Shown here piece after piece: positions 43,281 to 54,910 of a DNA stretch of 64,000 nt. The stretch is from Paecilomyces variotii (taxonomy: Eukaryota). The notes under the pieces were generated by a model. It was given only the letters and a program-made list of their open reading frames with translations. It was not told where the DNA came from and ran no database searches. The stretch is from assembly GCA_004022145.1 (NCBI GenBank), contig RCNU01000001.1. The stretch is one strand, 5' to 3'. Every line of letters starts with the position of its first letter. The stretch's first letter is position 1. Position numbers and translations under genes: made by a program.

Positions 43281-43290
43281 GTCACGTGAC
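43281..43290. promoter_or_regulatory. Palindromic E-box upstream of the PHD gene
   Basis: GTCACGTGAC 140 bp upstream of the ATG. Confidence 0.55.
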
Positions 43291-43420
43291 GATATATAGA
43301 CTTGATCCGACCATTATCGCTTCAGCCATTTGAACTCCCCCGGTCGGCAGCTGTTGATATATCCATGTTCAAGTACGGGGTTCTGGTTTGCGTGTGGATC
43401 ATATAGCTGCAACAAGGAAT

Positions 43421-45130
43421 ATGTCACAGCAGAATCCGACTCTGGGCACCTCGTCTGTAGAAGACAAGGTGCAGGCAGCAAGCGCGGCGGACCAGCATCT
43501 ACCTCCTGCCAATGCACCTCAAGAACAAGCAACACACAATACGGCGCACGCTTCAGATTCAACTTCTAGCGTCGCAGAGCCGAGAGGAACTACTCCTAGT
43601 GTTCCACGGATCCCGAAGCTGTCCCCTTCTACAGCAGAACTCCTTACACGGATAAACGCTAATAACCTCGGAGATATCAGAGACACTTCGAATGCTCTGG
43701 GGCAGAACCCGGTTTGGCACACTCCGTCTCCTTCATCAATCAGTGGTGATAATACAGGTCTAAATACCAAGCCAGACGGTATGAGGGTCTCTTCGGCGAT
43801 CATATCGCTGCCTACACCCCCTTTTACTGGTCCCGCTTCTCAGCCGGCATCCAGTGTACCTCAAAAGACAACTCTCTTACCACAGAACATCGCACCAAAA
43901 GGAGGGCTTGTTGCCATTGCACCAAAGCCTCAGGCGCCAGTAGCGACGCCGTTGCGAACACCACCAGTGGCTCCTGGTGCTCTTGTCCAATCAGCTGGAA
44001 TATCCACTAAGAAGACGCAAAGAGCAACAGCGTCCCCTAGTCAGCGCAGAAAAGTTACAAACAGCGCCAAAGGTTCAAAGAAGCGGCGGCGAAATCATGG
44101 CAGTGATGAAGAAGTTATCAAAGCGGGAGATTCCAGCTCAGACGAGTCTACTGACTTCACGCCAGTCGCAACGCAAACAAAGTCTGGCCGTCAGGTACAT
44201 CGTCCTTCTTTATACGTGCCGCCGTCGAATCCCGCTGCTATTCCAAAGCCAAACAAAGAGTCGCCCAATGCGGCAGATGGTCTGGTTTCCCAGAACACTC
44301 CAGTTAAGAAGCGAAGACGTGTCTATCGCAAAGGAAAGGATATGAATGTCAACTGCATCCATTGCCAGAGGGGCCACGGCCCGTCGACCAATATGATCGT
44401 ATTCTGCGACGAATGCAATAGGGCCTGGCATCAGTTCTGCCATGATCCGCCGATTGAAAATGATGTGATAACGGTAAAGGAAGCGGAGTGGTTTTGTCAC
44501 GAATGCAGGCCGACCCAACGTCCAGCTGATGAGGTCTCTACGAACACTATTCATTCTGAATGGCCTTCCTCGCACATCACAAGTGCGCTTCCACCAACTG
44601 AAGTTGGAGGAGAACAGTTCTCTTCGGTTGAGAAACGAGCATATCTATCCAGTCTCTCACATGCAGGACTCGTCAACCTGCTCATGACTATTTCGGATCG
44701 CAATCCTGCTTTGCCTATGTTCCCATCGAATCTGAAAGCTCTGTCAGCGTCAAGGCTCGTTTCTTCTCAAATGCCGGCAGGGACATTTGCTAGTTCAGCG
44801 TCTCCAGCCCCGGCCTCCGAACCACTGGTGACTACTGCTATACGACAGAGTACCGCCGGTAGTGCGGATATTCCACCTACTGGTCAATCGACAACAGCCT
44901 CTACTCGGGAGAGAGACGATGACGAGTCTTCCGAATCGTCCGAATACGAAGTAGAAGAACACCGACTCTATCCACGAGCTGGCAATGGTTTCCGCATACC
45001 TATGACGCCTGAAGACCTTGACATGTTGCTCGACGATCCTGCCTGTCCGACATTCAGCTACGCCCTCCACGGACCGGCAAAGGCAAAGGCAGAAATGGCA
45101 GGAATGGTAGCTGTTAGCGGGAGTGCGTGA
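43421..45130 (+). CDS. PHD-finger protein (resembles Lsd1/SWM-complex Phf1/Phf2 type)
   Basis: C4HC3 finger CIHC..IVFCDECNRAWHQFCH..WFCHEC, basic NLS-like runs and otherwise low complexity; first ATG at 43421. The Phf1/2 assignment is inference. Confidence 0.85.
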   Translation: MSQQNPTLGTSSVEDKVQAASAADQHLPPANAPQEQATHNTAHASDSTSSVAEPRGTTPSVPRIPKLSPSTAELLTRINANNLGDIRDTSNALGQNPVWHTPSPSSISGDNTGLNTKPDGMRVSSAIISLPTPPFTGPASQPASSVPQKTTLLPQNIAPKGGLVAIAPKPQAPVATPLRTPPVAPGALVQSAGISTKKTQRATASPSQRRKVTNSAKGSKKRRRNHGSDEEVIKAGDSSSDESTDFTPVATQTKSGRQVHRPSLYVPPSNPAAIPKPNKESPNAADGLVSQNTPVKKRRRVYRKGKDMNVNCIHCQRGHGPSTNMIVFCDECNRAWHQFCHDPPIENDVITVKEAEWFCHECRPTQRPADEVSTNTIHSEWPSSHITSALPPTEVGGEQFSSVEKRAYLSSLSHAGLVNLLMTISDRNPALPMFPSNLKALSASRLVSSQMPAGTFASSASPAPASEPLVTTAIRQSTAGSADIPPTGQSTTASTRERDDDESSESSEYEVEEHRLYPRAGNGFRIPMTPEDLDMLLDDPACPTFSYALHGPAKAKAEMAGMVAVSGSA

Positions 45131-45163
45131 TAAGACCTTCTGAGCTCCAGGTTATCACAAGCC

Positions 45164-45255
45164 GCCGGGCTAGCTCAATCGGTAGAGCGTGCGGCTCTTA
45201 AAATCCACACTTCGTGGTCACCGCAAGGCTGCGGGTTCGACCCCCGCGTTCGGCT
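45164..45255 (+). tRNA. tRNA-Lys(CTT) with 19-nt intron (45201-45219)
   Basis: Acceptor GCCGGGC/GTTCGGC, D arm TAGCTCAATCGGTAGAGC, anticodon stem TGCGG/CCGCA with CTT at 45197-45199, T arm GCGGGTTCGACCCCCGC. Confidence 0.96.
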
Positions 45256-45284
45256 CAATTCCGGACATTTCCAATTCGGCTTTC

Positions 45285-45305
45285 TTTTTTGTCTTTTTTT
45301 TTTTT
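45285..45305 (+). terminator. RNA polymerase III oligo(T) terminator for tRNA-Lys
   Basis: T6 and T12 runs 30-50 nt downstream of the tRNA. Confidence 0.75.
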
Positions 45306-45853
45306 CTGGAAACTATTTCTACGGTCTAGCTACGACACTGGCCTTTCATCCATGATGTGTTCTTTTTGTGGATTTCTGGAGGCAAGACACGGAGGGAAGA
45401 AAAAAAAAGATTTTTTTCGGTTTCCCGCGGAAGGTATGGGATAACGCAACATACTTTGCGTGAAGCACTATGTGTATGAAAATGATGTATTCAAAAAGTC
45501 CCTAGCAGATGAGACGGTGTCTGTAGATATGACGGTTTCTGCTACATCCAAAACTTGCCTTGCATCTGCTCGTTTTCCTTGAACAAGGTGTATATTCGAT
45601 CAGTCATTGAGTTCATGAAAAAAGTATAAACGCTTGTACTTTGTATCATTTATCATTGTCTACGCATGGATGCAACATCCACATTTCTACTCTAAGCAGT
45701 CTGAAATTGTAGGCATGCTTATGATGCGTATTCATACGTCGCAAGTATATCATGATATCGCTACGACACTCACTGACAAGATAATCTCCACCCGCCTTCC
45801 CCCCCACCGCAAGACCATCACCATGCTATGCACAGCCAGGCCTTAAAGTGGTA

Positions 45854-47290
45854 TCACACAAGGACCACAGTTGTCCCCGGGCTCGAGGCCACCCTCTCAG
45901 CTGCAAAAGGTTTCATGGCCAGTTGACCAGCATAGGTCACATCCCTACTTATTCTCCCTGGAGGATCCCAGACGACCTCTGCCACGGTCCTTCTGGTCCT
46001 TGGGGTACCAAGGCCTGTCTCATCGACGTTATATATGATGAGCAGGTCTGCGTCTTGGCCTTCTCGCAAAGATAAACCAGATGAAGGCCCTCCCAGGCCT
46101 ATCGCGGCACGGGCTCGAATTGAGACGCATTCGTATAGTAGTTCCGCATCAGTCTGTGTCCCCTTCTGATAGATACCAACACCGAGACAGGCGAGGGAGA
46201 GCGGATCAGGAGCTCCCCAGGGCGTGAATGCGTTTCCAACATTATTCACACCAACCACAGCATCAAGGCCATATTTGCGAATCATGTCAGGTACATGTAG
46301 CGTACCCCGCTGTCTGACCTGCGGTGGATTATCCGACGCAGCGGGCGGAGAAGCCATGTATGTATCGCTAGTTGGAAGCCCGACGAAGCTGATGGGAAGG
46401 CCATATTCCCGGATCTGGCTTGCGAGTCGGTTCCATTCTTCGTTTGAGAAAAGTGTCAGTCTGGTGCAATGGCCGAGCATGATTCTTTTCCCGGGTGCTT
46501 TGGTCGTCCAGCCCTTCGCGTGCAGCGTGGACACGACATGCCATACTAGGGCCTCCTTGCCAGCATCGAGGTTGTAATCGAGATGGAAGTCGACATGCTT
46601 TCCTAGTTCTATGGCCCTGTCAATTGCCCATTCGATATTCCGTTTCGCATCTGCGGTTGTCGCTTCGACGTAGGGCGTTGCGCCGATAACTTCTACCTCG
46701 GTTTTCCGAATAGCAGTCTCCATGAGGTGTCGGTTCTCGTCCCCGTGAGGGCCAGAGAATAGAGGATCCTGAGCGAAGCATACTAGTTGGACGTAGCAGG
46801 ACTCTTTCCATGTTTTCTTGAGCTTGATACCGGCTTCCAGACAAGTTAGCTCGACTGCGTTGTCGACCTCGACGAACGCTCTCATGGCCGTGACTCCCGA
46901 CGCGACAGACTCCGCAATTAGCCATCCTCCACGCCTGAGGAGGTCTGGTGTTGTGAATCTCGCTTTAGCCTGGCTTGTATATGATAATGCTTCCTGGAAG
47001 GAGCCCGTTGAGGGAAGCAAATCAGCGTATTCTGGAGCGCCGTGGACGAAAGCCTTGTCCAAGTGGATGTGGGGGTGCGTCAATGCTGGTAGAACGAGAG
47101 GGTAAGATGCAGGAGCGCTATTTTCATTGATATCTGGTCTGGAATATGGTGTGATTGATGCAATGACCCCTTTTGGACTCTCTTCCTCTGGGTGCTGGAT
47201 ACTGAGATTCCATAGAGAGTCAGGCGGGGTCCCGGCCAGTCGAACACCTTGTAGGGCCTGTATCGACTTCACGGCATTGGCCTCTGCCAT
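45854..47290 (-). CDS. Metal-dependent amidohydrolase, bacterial cytosine deaminase (CodA)-like
   Basis: HPHIHLDK, GVTAMRAFV, FAQDP, DFHLD, GHCT and GVNNVGNAFTPWG; single 478-aa exon. Confidence 0.85.
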   Translation of the reverse strand: MAEANAVKSIQALQGVRLAGTPPDSLWNLSIQHPEEESPKGVIASITPYSRPDINENSAPASYPLVLPALTHPHIHLDKAFVHGAPEYADLLPSTGSFQEALSYTSQAKARFTTPDLLRRGGWLIAESVASGVTAMRAFVEVDNAVELTCLEAGIKLKKTWKESCYVQLVCFAQDPLFSGPHGDENRHLMETAIRKTEVEVIGATPYVEATTADAKRNIEWAIDRAIELGKHVDFHLDYNLDAGKEALVWHVVSTLHAKGWTTKAPGKRIMLGHCTRLTLFSNEEWNRLASQIREYGLPISFVGLPTSDTYMASPPAASDNPPQVRQRGTLHVPDMIRKYGLDAVVGVNNVGNAFTPWGAPDPLSLACLGVGIYQKGTQTDAELLYECVSIRARAAIGLGGPSSGLSLREGQDADLLIIYNVDETGLGTPRTRRTVAEVVWDPPGRISRDVTYAGQLAMKPFAAERVASSPGTTVVLV

Positions 47291-48194
47291 TGTTATTAAT
47301 ATTGGATTCCAGCACCGAATACTCGCGTTTGCAAGGAGGTTATCTAGGCTGGTGGTTCACGGACTCGGTTGTGAAACTGCTGGTTATCGCTTTTGGATGC
47401 CGCCATTATATATTCCGATATGGCCACGATAAGCTCTCCCCGCAGTATAAAATCATGGCCCACCTGGACATTAAAAGCCCAAACAAACAGTCGATCCAGG
47501 CATGCAGCTAGGATCTCCTAAAAAGATGCTAGCATTGTGTAGATAGCCTCAATTGCAGACACTAAAAGACATATATAAGTCCGGGTAAAAATGCCGTATA
47601 GACTTCAGACCGTGTGTTTTGCGTGTGTCGCAGTTTGGTTTCATACTGGTTCCTTTCCAGGGACCAACTTAAAAAGATCGGTGGGTTTGCGAACAGGAAA
47701 ACAAAAAAAAATATCATGAGTATTGATCTGGTAGTAGACCAGGAACTATTTTTTTTGAAAATATCAGAAATTATTATAGTGAATGGACATTTGTGTATCT
47801 AGACTTTCCCAGAGAAATAGCGTAAAGCGAAAGGAAAGGGTATGTTATCCAAAAGAATCCTTAGCCAAACCATTTAACCGTTCAGTGCAGATCACGTCAC
47901 ACTAAGAGGGCCTTCTGCGCCTTATCGGTGATTTGGAGCTTGGATCGACTTTCACCTAGCTATTATTATTATTACCTCTCCGCGGCATACCTTTTCTTGC
48001 GCTTCAGATCCTCTTTCATTTTTCATTTAAATAGCCATTCCAAGAAAACCATGGCCATTTATATCTTCTAATCCACGATATTCCTTCTAACCAAACCCTC
48101 AACTTCATCCTCTCCTTCCCCTCTCTCTCTTCCCTCAACTAGAGGAACAAAAACAAACCAAGGCCTCGCACTCGCAGCGAGAGACAGAATCGCA

Positions 48195-49454
48195 ATGTCC
48201 TCCATCCCAACCGTCCATTCTACCTCGAAATCCATACCAATCCGCCAGAAAGCATGGCACGAATACCTCACCCTCGACCTCTTCCTAGCGGTGCTTAACC
48301 GCACGTTCCTCCACCCATTCATCGCCTGGATCGTGGTGCTCTGTCTGCGCGCCCAGGTTACGCCTTACGAACACCCGGCTATGATCATTGCGATTTCGTA
48401 CGCGATCCTTTTGACGGTCTATACTGGGGCGCAGATGGTTAGTGAGCGCATCGCGTTCGGATTGCCTCGTACCGTTGATCTGGGCGAGGAAGTCGTGGTG
48501 ATCACGGGGGGTGCAAGTGGGCTGGGGCAGTTGATTGCGCAGATCTATGGTATGCGTGGTGTCAGCGTTGCTGTGTTGGATGTGAAGGAAGTAGCGGAAA
48601 TTGAGGGGTGGGAGGAGTTGTCGGGCGTTGAGTACTATAAGTGTGATGTGGGAGATAGGAAGGAGGTAGAGAAGACTGCGAGGATGATTGAGAAAGACGT
48701 ATGTGATTTACTACTGCTGTGCTCTGGGCTGGAAATTTACTTGGATCGATGTGCATTGAATTTGGTTATTCTATCTCGCTGACATGCTATCTTGCAGCTC
48801 GGTACACCTACGGTGCTGATCAATTGTGCCGCAGCCGGGATTAATGCACAGCCATTCCTCTCCCTCTCTACAAGCGCCATCAAGAAGACGATTCAAACAA
48901 ACTTGCTCGCACCGTTCCATACCTGTCAGACGTTCCTCCCGGGGATGCTGGAAGCAGAGAACGGTGGTACCATTGTCAACGTCAGCTCTGTACTGGGCCA
49001 GCTTTCTGCCGCGGGTCTTTCAGACTACTCGGCCAGCAAGGCGGGTCTCAGTGCCCTTCACAGAACCCTGGAGGCTGAGCTGCGAGCATCCGGGGACCAC
49101 GAGAGAGTGAAAATGTTGCTTGTTGAGATCGGGCAGATGTCGACTCCCCTCTTCGACAGGATTCAAACACCTAATCGTTTCTTTGCCCCCGTCCTCGAAC
49201 CAGTCCAAGTCGCTCAGGCTATCATTTACGCCGTCGACAATGGTAAGGGGGGAGTAATCAGGCTCCCTGCTTTTGCCACGTTGGTCAATCTGTATGCGGC
49301 ATTGCCCGTCGGAGTTCAGAGAATTGCTCGCTACCTAAGCGGCATCGATACAGCCGTAGCCAAGTCCGCTGCAGAAAATGTTGAGCAGCAGCAGCCTCCC
49401 TCACAAGACCAGACGTCCGAAAGCGAGCTGGAGATTATCAACGCGGAACAATGA
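48195..49454 (+). CDS. Membrane-anchored short-chain dehydrogenase/reductase (Tda5-like)
   Basis: Hydrophobic N-terminus, TGGASGLG, IVNVSS and YSASK. Intron 48699-48797. Confidence 0.9.
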
Positions 49455-49682
49455 TGCGGTTCAGATGAAAGTCTGTCCCATTGTACATAGAGCCAGGCGA
49501 TCTATGCCGATAATCGTATTTTAATGTATATGGAGGGCTCCGGGTGAGCCCAATTAGCGCAAGTCACGAAAGATCAAATGGTAATCCTCACGCCAATGTT
49601 GGCAACCGGAACCGGCACAAGGGAACGCTGAATTGTAGAGGATTCAAACCAAGTCGTTGTTCCCCAAAGTTGCAAGACTCGG

Positions 49683-51138
49683 TTACTGTTCCGTCGTGAG
49701 AATCATCTTCTCACGCTCGCTGCGACGTGGCATGCTACCGGGTTTGCTATGTCTGCGAACGTTCTCCTCTCTTCTCTTGAGAGCCGCCAGTTCTTCCTTC
49801 TTGATCTCGCCTGCCTTCTTGACAACCTTCGGTAGACGTCTGTGACGTCTTATTCTGCGGATCTCCGGCATGTGCGAATATCTGTTGATCAGAGCCTGGT
49901 CGTACTCCAACTTCTGTCTCTGGCGGGCACTCTTGATGCCACTTCTCGATGAAGCATTTGTACGCCATATTCGAATGTTACCATCATCCGAGCCGGACAG
50001 GACGTACTGATTGTCTGGGGTGAACTTGGCAGAGAAGACACTATAGCACAGGATCAGTATATGCACACCAAAAGCAAAGGAATCGAAATGAAATACGTAC
50101 CGTTGCATCCGCTTTGTATGGTAGATGTCTCTCGAATGACCCTGAGCCCTGTTCCAGAGACGGATCGTACGATCGTAGGAAGCAGTGACGAGCTCTTCGC
50201 CAGTGGGACTGAACTCCACATCCATAACAGCAGCGACGTGGTCCTTGAGCACGTTCAACGCTCGGTCCATCTTCCTCATATCGAAAATGTATGCATTGTG
50301 ATCTTCGTTTGCGACGGCGAAATTGAATGCCTCCATTGGGTTCCATGCCAGTGCGTTGGAAGCCAGTTTCAGGACAACCTTGGCCAGAGGTGAGCTTGTC
50401 CGAAGATCATACATGATAACGGAACGATCTGTAGCGGTAGACGCCAGGATGGAAGTCTCAGTCTGATTAAAAGCGACTGACGTGATCGTATCGGTAGCGT
50501 TAGGCCAGTGGAGTGTCTGCGCAGGTGTCGAGGAAGGTCGCGAAAGGTCGTAGATTGAAATGACAGAGGAGGATGCGGCAAAGGATGGACGATCACGATG
50601 ATGCGTGATGCTCGTAAAGGCACCCTGGCCCAGCCAAGTCGCCAGCGGCGGAGCCTCTGGCGCCGAATTATACGGGTCGAAAAGTTTGACCGTCTTGTCG
50701 CTGGCACACGAGAGAATCTTCCGATCGGGCGTCCAGCACATCCCCTTGACAATATTTTCATGCGCCTGGGTCGTCCAGATTTCCTCCCGACTGGTGGTGT
50801 CCCAGACTTTTACTACACCATCACCGCTTCCACTTGCGAAACGCTCGAGAGAACCGGGATCCTTAGCCATGGTGTAGACACCGTCAACGTGACCGCTTCC
50901 TAGCTGTCCGACGAACGGCGCCGCAAACATCCGCTCCATTTTAGTTGCATTGAGGGCTCGAGTATATTCTCGCGCTCTCTCGAACGGATGCTGGGCGGGA
51001 TCTAGGTTCCTGTGCTGTCTGGCGACAGTCGTGCCAGGAGCCTGCTGCGAGGCAGCGGAGCGAGAAAGAGCCTTGATTTTCTTATAGACAGTCAGTACGA
51101 CAGAAGCCAGCAATAATCCTGCATTGAAAACTCACCAT
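49683..51138 (-). CDS. SOF1: U3 snoRNP WD40 protein Sof1 (DCAF13)
   Basis: HPFERAREYTRALNATK, WD repeats, IYHTKRMQ and SGSDDGNIRIW. Exon 1 codes only the ATG. Introns 51081-51135 and 50041-50100. Confidence 0.96.
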
Positions 51139-51425
51139 GCTGCTCTCTGGGTGTTGCGGAAAATACTCCGTGCAAAGACAAGACATAAAAATTCCAGATC
51201 TTTTTGACGGCGATTGACCGCCTCGGCGGGCTGCAGCGTGATTGGCCAGCCAAGGCGGAGCTGGACTGCCGCAGTTCCAAGGCCGCCAGCGGACATACGC
51301 AACATCGCCAGACCTCAACCAGCTCCAGCTCTAGCTCTCAACCCCACGACCTCTTCCCTTCCTTGCCGTCTAGTCGACTCATTTGGTCCTTTCCACCTCT
51401 ATAGTTTAATTGTACTCGTCCCAGG

Positions 51426-52767
51426 ATGGCTCCCACATCACCAGCCGCCCAGCGGATAGAGGAAGCCAAGGCGATCTCTAAGAAGGACGCCTCCAAGGCA
51501 GAGAGCATCTACCGGGATATCCTCTCCAAGGGGCCAGGTTCGACGGAAGCCTCTTCGCGCGACTACGAGGCAGCCTTGATAGGATTAGGAGAGCTGTACC
51601 GTGATGTCAAGAAGCCACAGGAGCTCTCAGAACTCATCAAGACGAGCCGCGATGTCTTCTCCTCGTTTGCTAAAGCTAAGACGGCGAAGCTAGGTGAGTC
51701 ACTTATTCCGCAGAAATGGGCATTTGATCCCTTTCATAACGCTGACAATTCACGATATAGTCCGTCAGCTACTCGACATTTTCAGCGAAATCCCAAACAC
51801 CCTCGATATCCAGATCAACGTCATCAAGTCATGCATAGAATGGGCAGTGTCAGAACGACGATCCTTCTTGAGACAGAACCTCGAAACCCGACTGGTCACG
51901 ATCTATATGCAGAAGCAGACATACTACGATGCCTTGACACTAATTAACTCTCTGTTGCGGGAGCTGAAGCGTCTGGATGACAAGTTGATGCTGGTGGAGG
52001 TCCAGCTACTGGAGTCGCGTGTCTACCATGCACTCGGCAACCAGCCCAAAGCGCGTGCTGCGCTCACAGCTGCACGAACATCTGCAGCCTCTGTGTACAC
52101 CCCTCCGCAGGTCCAGGCCGGTCTCGATATGCAGAGTGGCATGCTCCACGCGGAGGACAAGGACTTCAACACTGCCTTCTCATACTTCATCGAAGCCCTT
52201 GAGGGTTACAGTTCTCTCGACGACGCAACCAAGGCTACCGCGGCCCTTCAGTACATGCTGCTGTGCAAGATTATGTTGAATGCTGTGGATGATGTGACTA
52301 CCTTGCTGGCCTCCAAACAGGCTCTTAAGTATGCTAGTACTAGACTGGAGGCCATGAAGGCGGTGGCCCGAGCTCACGCCAACCGATCGCTGGAGGAATA
52401 TGAGAAGGCCCTATCAGACTACCGGTATGAACTCGGTGGTGACACCTTTATCCGAAACCACCTGCGCAGACTTTACGATGCGATGCTGGAGCAGAACCTC
52501 ATCAAGGTGATCGAGCCGTTCAGCAGAGTCGAGATCGACCACATTGCCAAGATGGTCGGACTGGACACGCAGCAGGTTGAGAGGAAGCTATCGCAGATGA
52601 TCCTGGACAAGGTCATCATTGGCGTCTTGGACCAGGGTGCCGGCTGCTTGATTGTGTACGATGAGACAGAGCGGGACCGGGGCTACGATGCCGCGCTGGA
52701 GACGATCGAGAAGCTGAGCAACGTGGTGGAAGTGTTGTATACTAACCAGGCCTCTCTTCTCGAATAA
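51426..52767 (+). CDS. RPN6: 26S proteasome lid subunit Rpn6 (PCI domain)
   Basis: KAKTAKLVRQL, LRELKRLDDK and VERKLSQMILDK. Intron 51694-51760. Confidence 0.96.
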
Positions 52768-53237
52768 AGGCCTTCCCTGTTTGGTCGAATTTTCTGAAAT
52801 GTGATGACTTTGGGAGCATAAGGTGGTCGGATGGTGCTTGATATACCAGGCGGCGAAAAAAGAGCCGGACGTGTAGGTAGAGGCATCAATGATTCGATCT
52901 TATCACGAGATCAGACGATTAAAACTTGTTATTCTATGCCTGTAGACGAGACAGATTCCTTAAAAAAGAAATCGAATCGAATACTAGTAGCTCATAGATA
53001 GACCAGAAGCCGGTCCTTTGTTACCTACGGCAAGGTGACTACCGCAAGGGGTAAAGCGCGGGAGCGCAACAAGCGCCCATCGTGACTTTGTCGCTTCAAA
53101 CTCGCGCAAGAACCATCGGCGAACCAGACCGACTCAACAACTCAGAGTTTCGATAAGGACCGCGCTTGAGGAACAAAGAGCTCCACGGACCACGACCCGG
53201 TCGTTTTGCGGGCTTGGATTACCCGCTTGTGACCAGC

Positions 53238-54910
53238 ATGAACGCTCCAATTCCCCCCAACTATGCCCGGGCCTATCCTCAGGCCGCGCAGCACTCCCCT
53301 GCCACGCCTCGTCGCGGTGCCCCAGGCCCAGGTATGATAGTGTCCTGCATCGCACCTAGCGTGGTTGCGTCCTTTTTTTTCTGTTTTCTTTTAAACTGAC
53401 ATGGCGCTTGTTGCAGCACCAGTGATGCCCGTGCCACTACCACCGCAGGCAGTCCCCAACCCTCAACTCCTTGCCGCTCAGCGCACCATGGCGCAGTCGA
53501 ACGATGCGGCCTTGCGACGGAGCCGGAAGCCGACAGATAAGAATATCCCCGATGGCGTCGAAGAGGTGATTATTGGGGAGGGCGTGCAGCAGTACAAGAG
53601 CCTGCGCGAGGTTGAGAAGCGGCTCGACGCTGCCATGGTCCGTAAGAGGCTGGACATCCAAGACTCGATCAGCAGAACGGTGAAAAGATACAGAACTCTG
53701 CGTGTCTGGATTACAAACACTGTGGAGAATCAACCATGGCAGAAGGACGAGCAGAATGGAGCCAATCCGGGTTCCGGTCGCTATAAGGTGAAAATTGAAG
53801 GCAGACTGCTCGATGATGATAGTGATCCTACGGTTCCTGATGAGAGCGATGACGAGGGAGGGGAGGACCAGAACGGTGACGCCATGGAGCAGGATGGACA
53901 GGAGGGCACGAAGGACAAGAAGCCCGCCTCCAAGCGACCACGGCCGCGTCTGTCGCATTTCTTCAAGACTATCACCATTGATTTTGACAAGGCGCCATCC
54001 GCAAAGCCAGAGGAGGTCAAGCCCATCACCTGGAATAAGCCTCAGCTACCACCAAACGCGACATCTTTGCCTCCCACCGCCGACTTTGACTCGTTGCAAT
54101 TTTCGCGGGCATCGCAGGAGAATCTCAACGTGACCATTAGCCTGGTCCGCGACGAGACCCCGGAACGGTACAAGCTGAGCAAGGAGCTTGCAGAGGTTCT
54201 CGACACAGAAGAGGAGGCGCGAAGTGGTATCGTCCTCGGTATCTGGGACTATATCCGTGCAATGGGACTGCAAGAAGACGAGGAGAAGCGACAAGTCCGT
54301 TGTGATCACCGTCTGCGTTCGGTATGCAGACATTTCCTTCCCCGGATAATATTGAAGACGGGATACGCTGACATTATCTCTACAGATCTTTGGTCGTGAC
54401 CAGATGTTCTTCCCTCAGATCCCTGAAAGCACCAGCGCCCACACCAGCCCGATGGAGCCCATCAAGCTTTCCTACACGATCCGCGTGGACCAGGATTTCC
54501 ACAAGGACCCTAAGCCCACCGTCTACGACATCCGCGTCGCCGTGGAAGACCCTCTGCGCCAGAAGATGATCGCCTTGACGTCTAACCCACAATACGCGGC
54601 CTCTATCAGGCAGATCAACGCCCTTGACGACCAACTCTCGCTGGTCACCCAGGCCCTTACACACTCCAAGGCCAAGCATGCGTTCTACACCGCTCTCAGC
54701 AAGGACCCAGCCACCTTCATCTGTCGCTGGCTCAACTCCCAGCGCAGGGACCTCGAGACCATTCTTGGCGAAGCGACTCGTGGCGGCGGCGAGGATGGCT
54801 CTGGCCCCGAGTTCCGACGAGGTGGTACCAGCAGCGTCTGGGAGACACCCGTCGCTCGTGAAGCGGTTCGCTACATGCTAGCCAAGCCAGATGCTGCTGC
54901 CGCTAGATAG
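53238..54910 (+). CDS. SNF12: SWI/SNF-RSC BAF60 (SWIB) subunit, Snf12/Rsc6/Ssr3 type
   Basis: KPTDKNIP, EKRLDAAMVRKRLD, KIEGRLL and SWIB motif IWDYIRAMGLQE. Introns 53332-53416 and 54322-54385. Confidence 0.9.
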
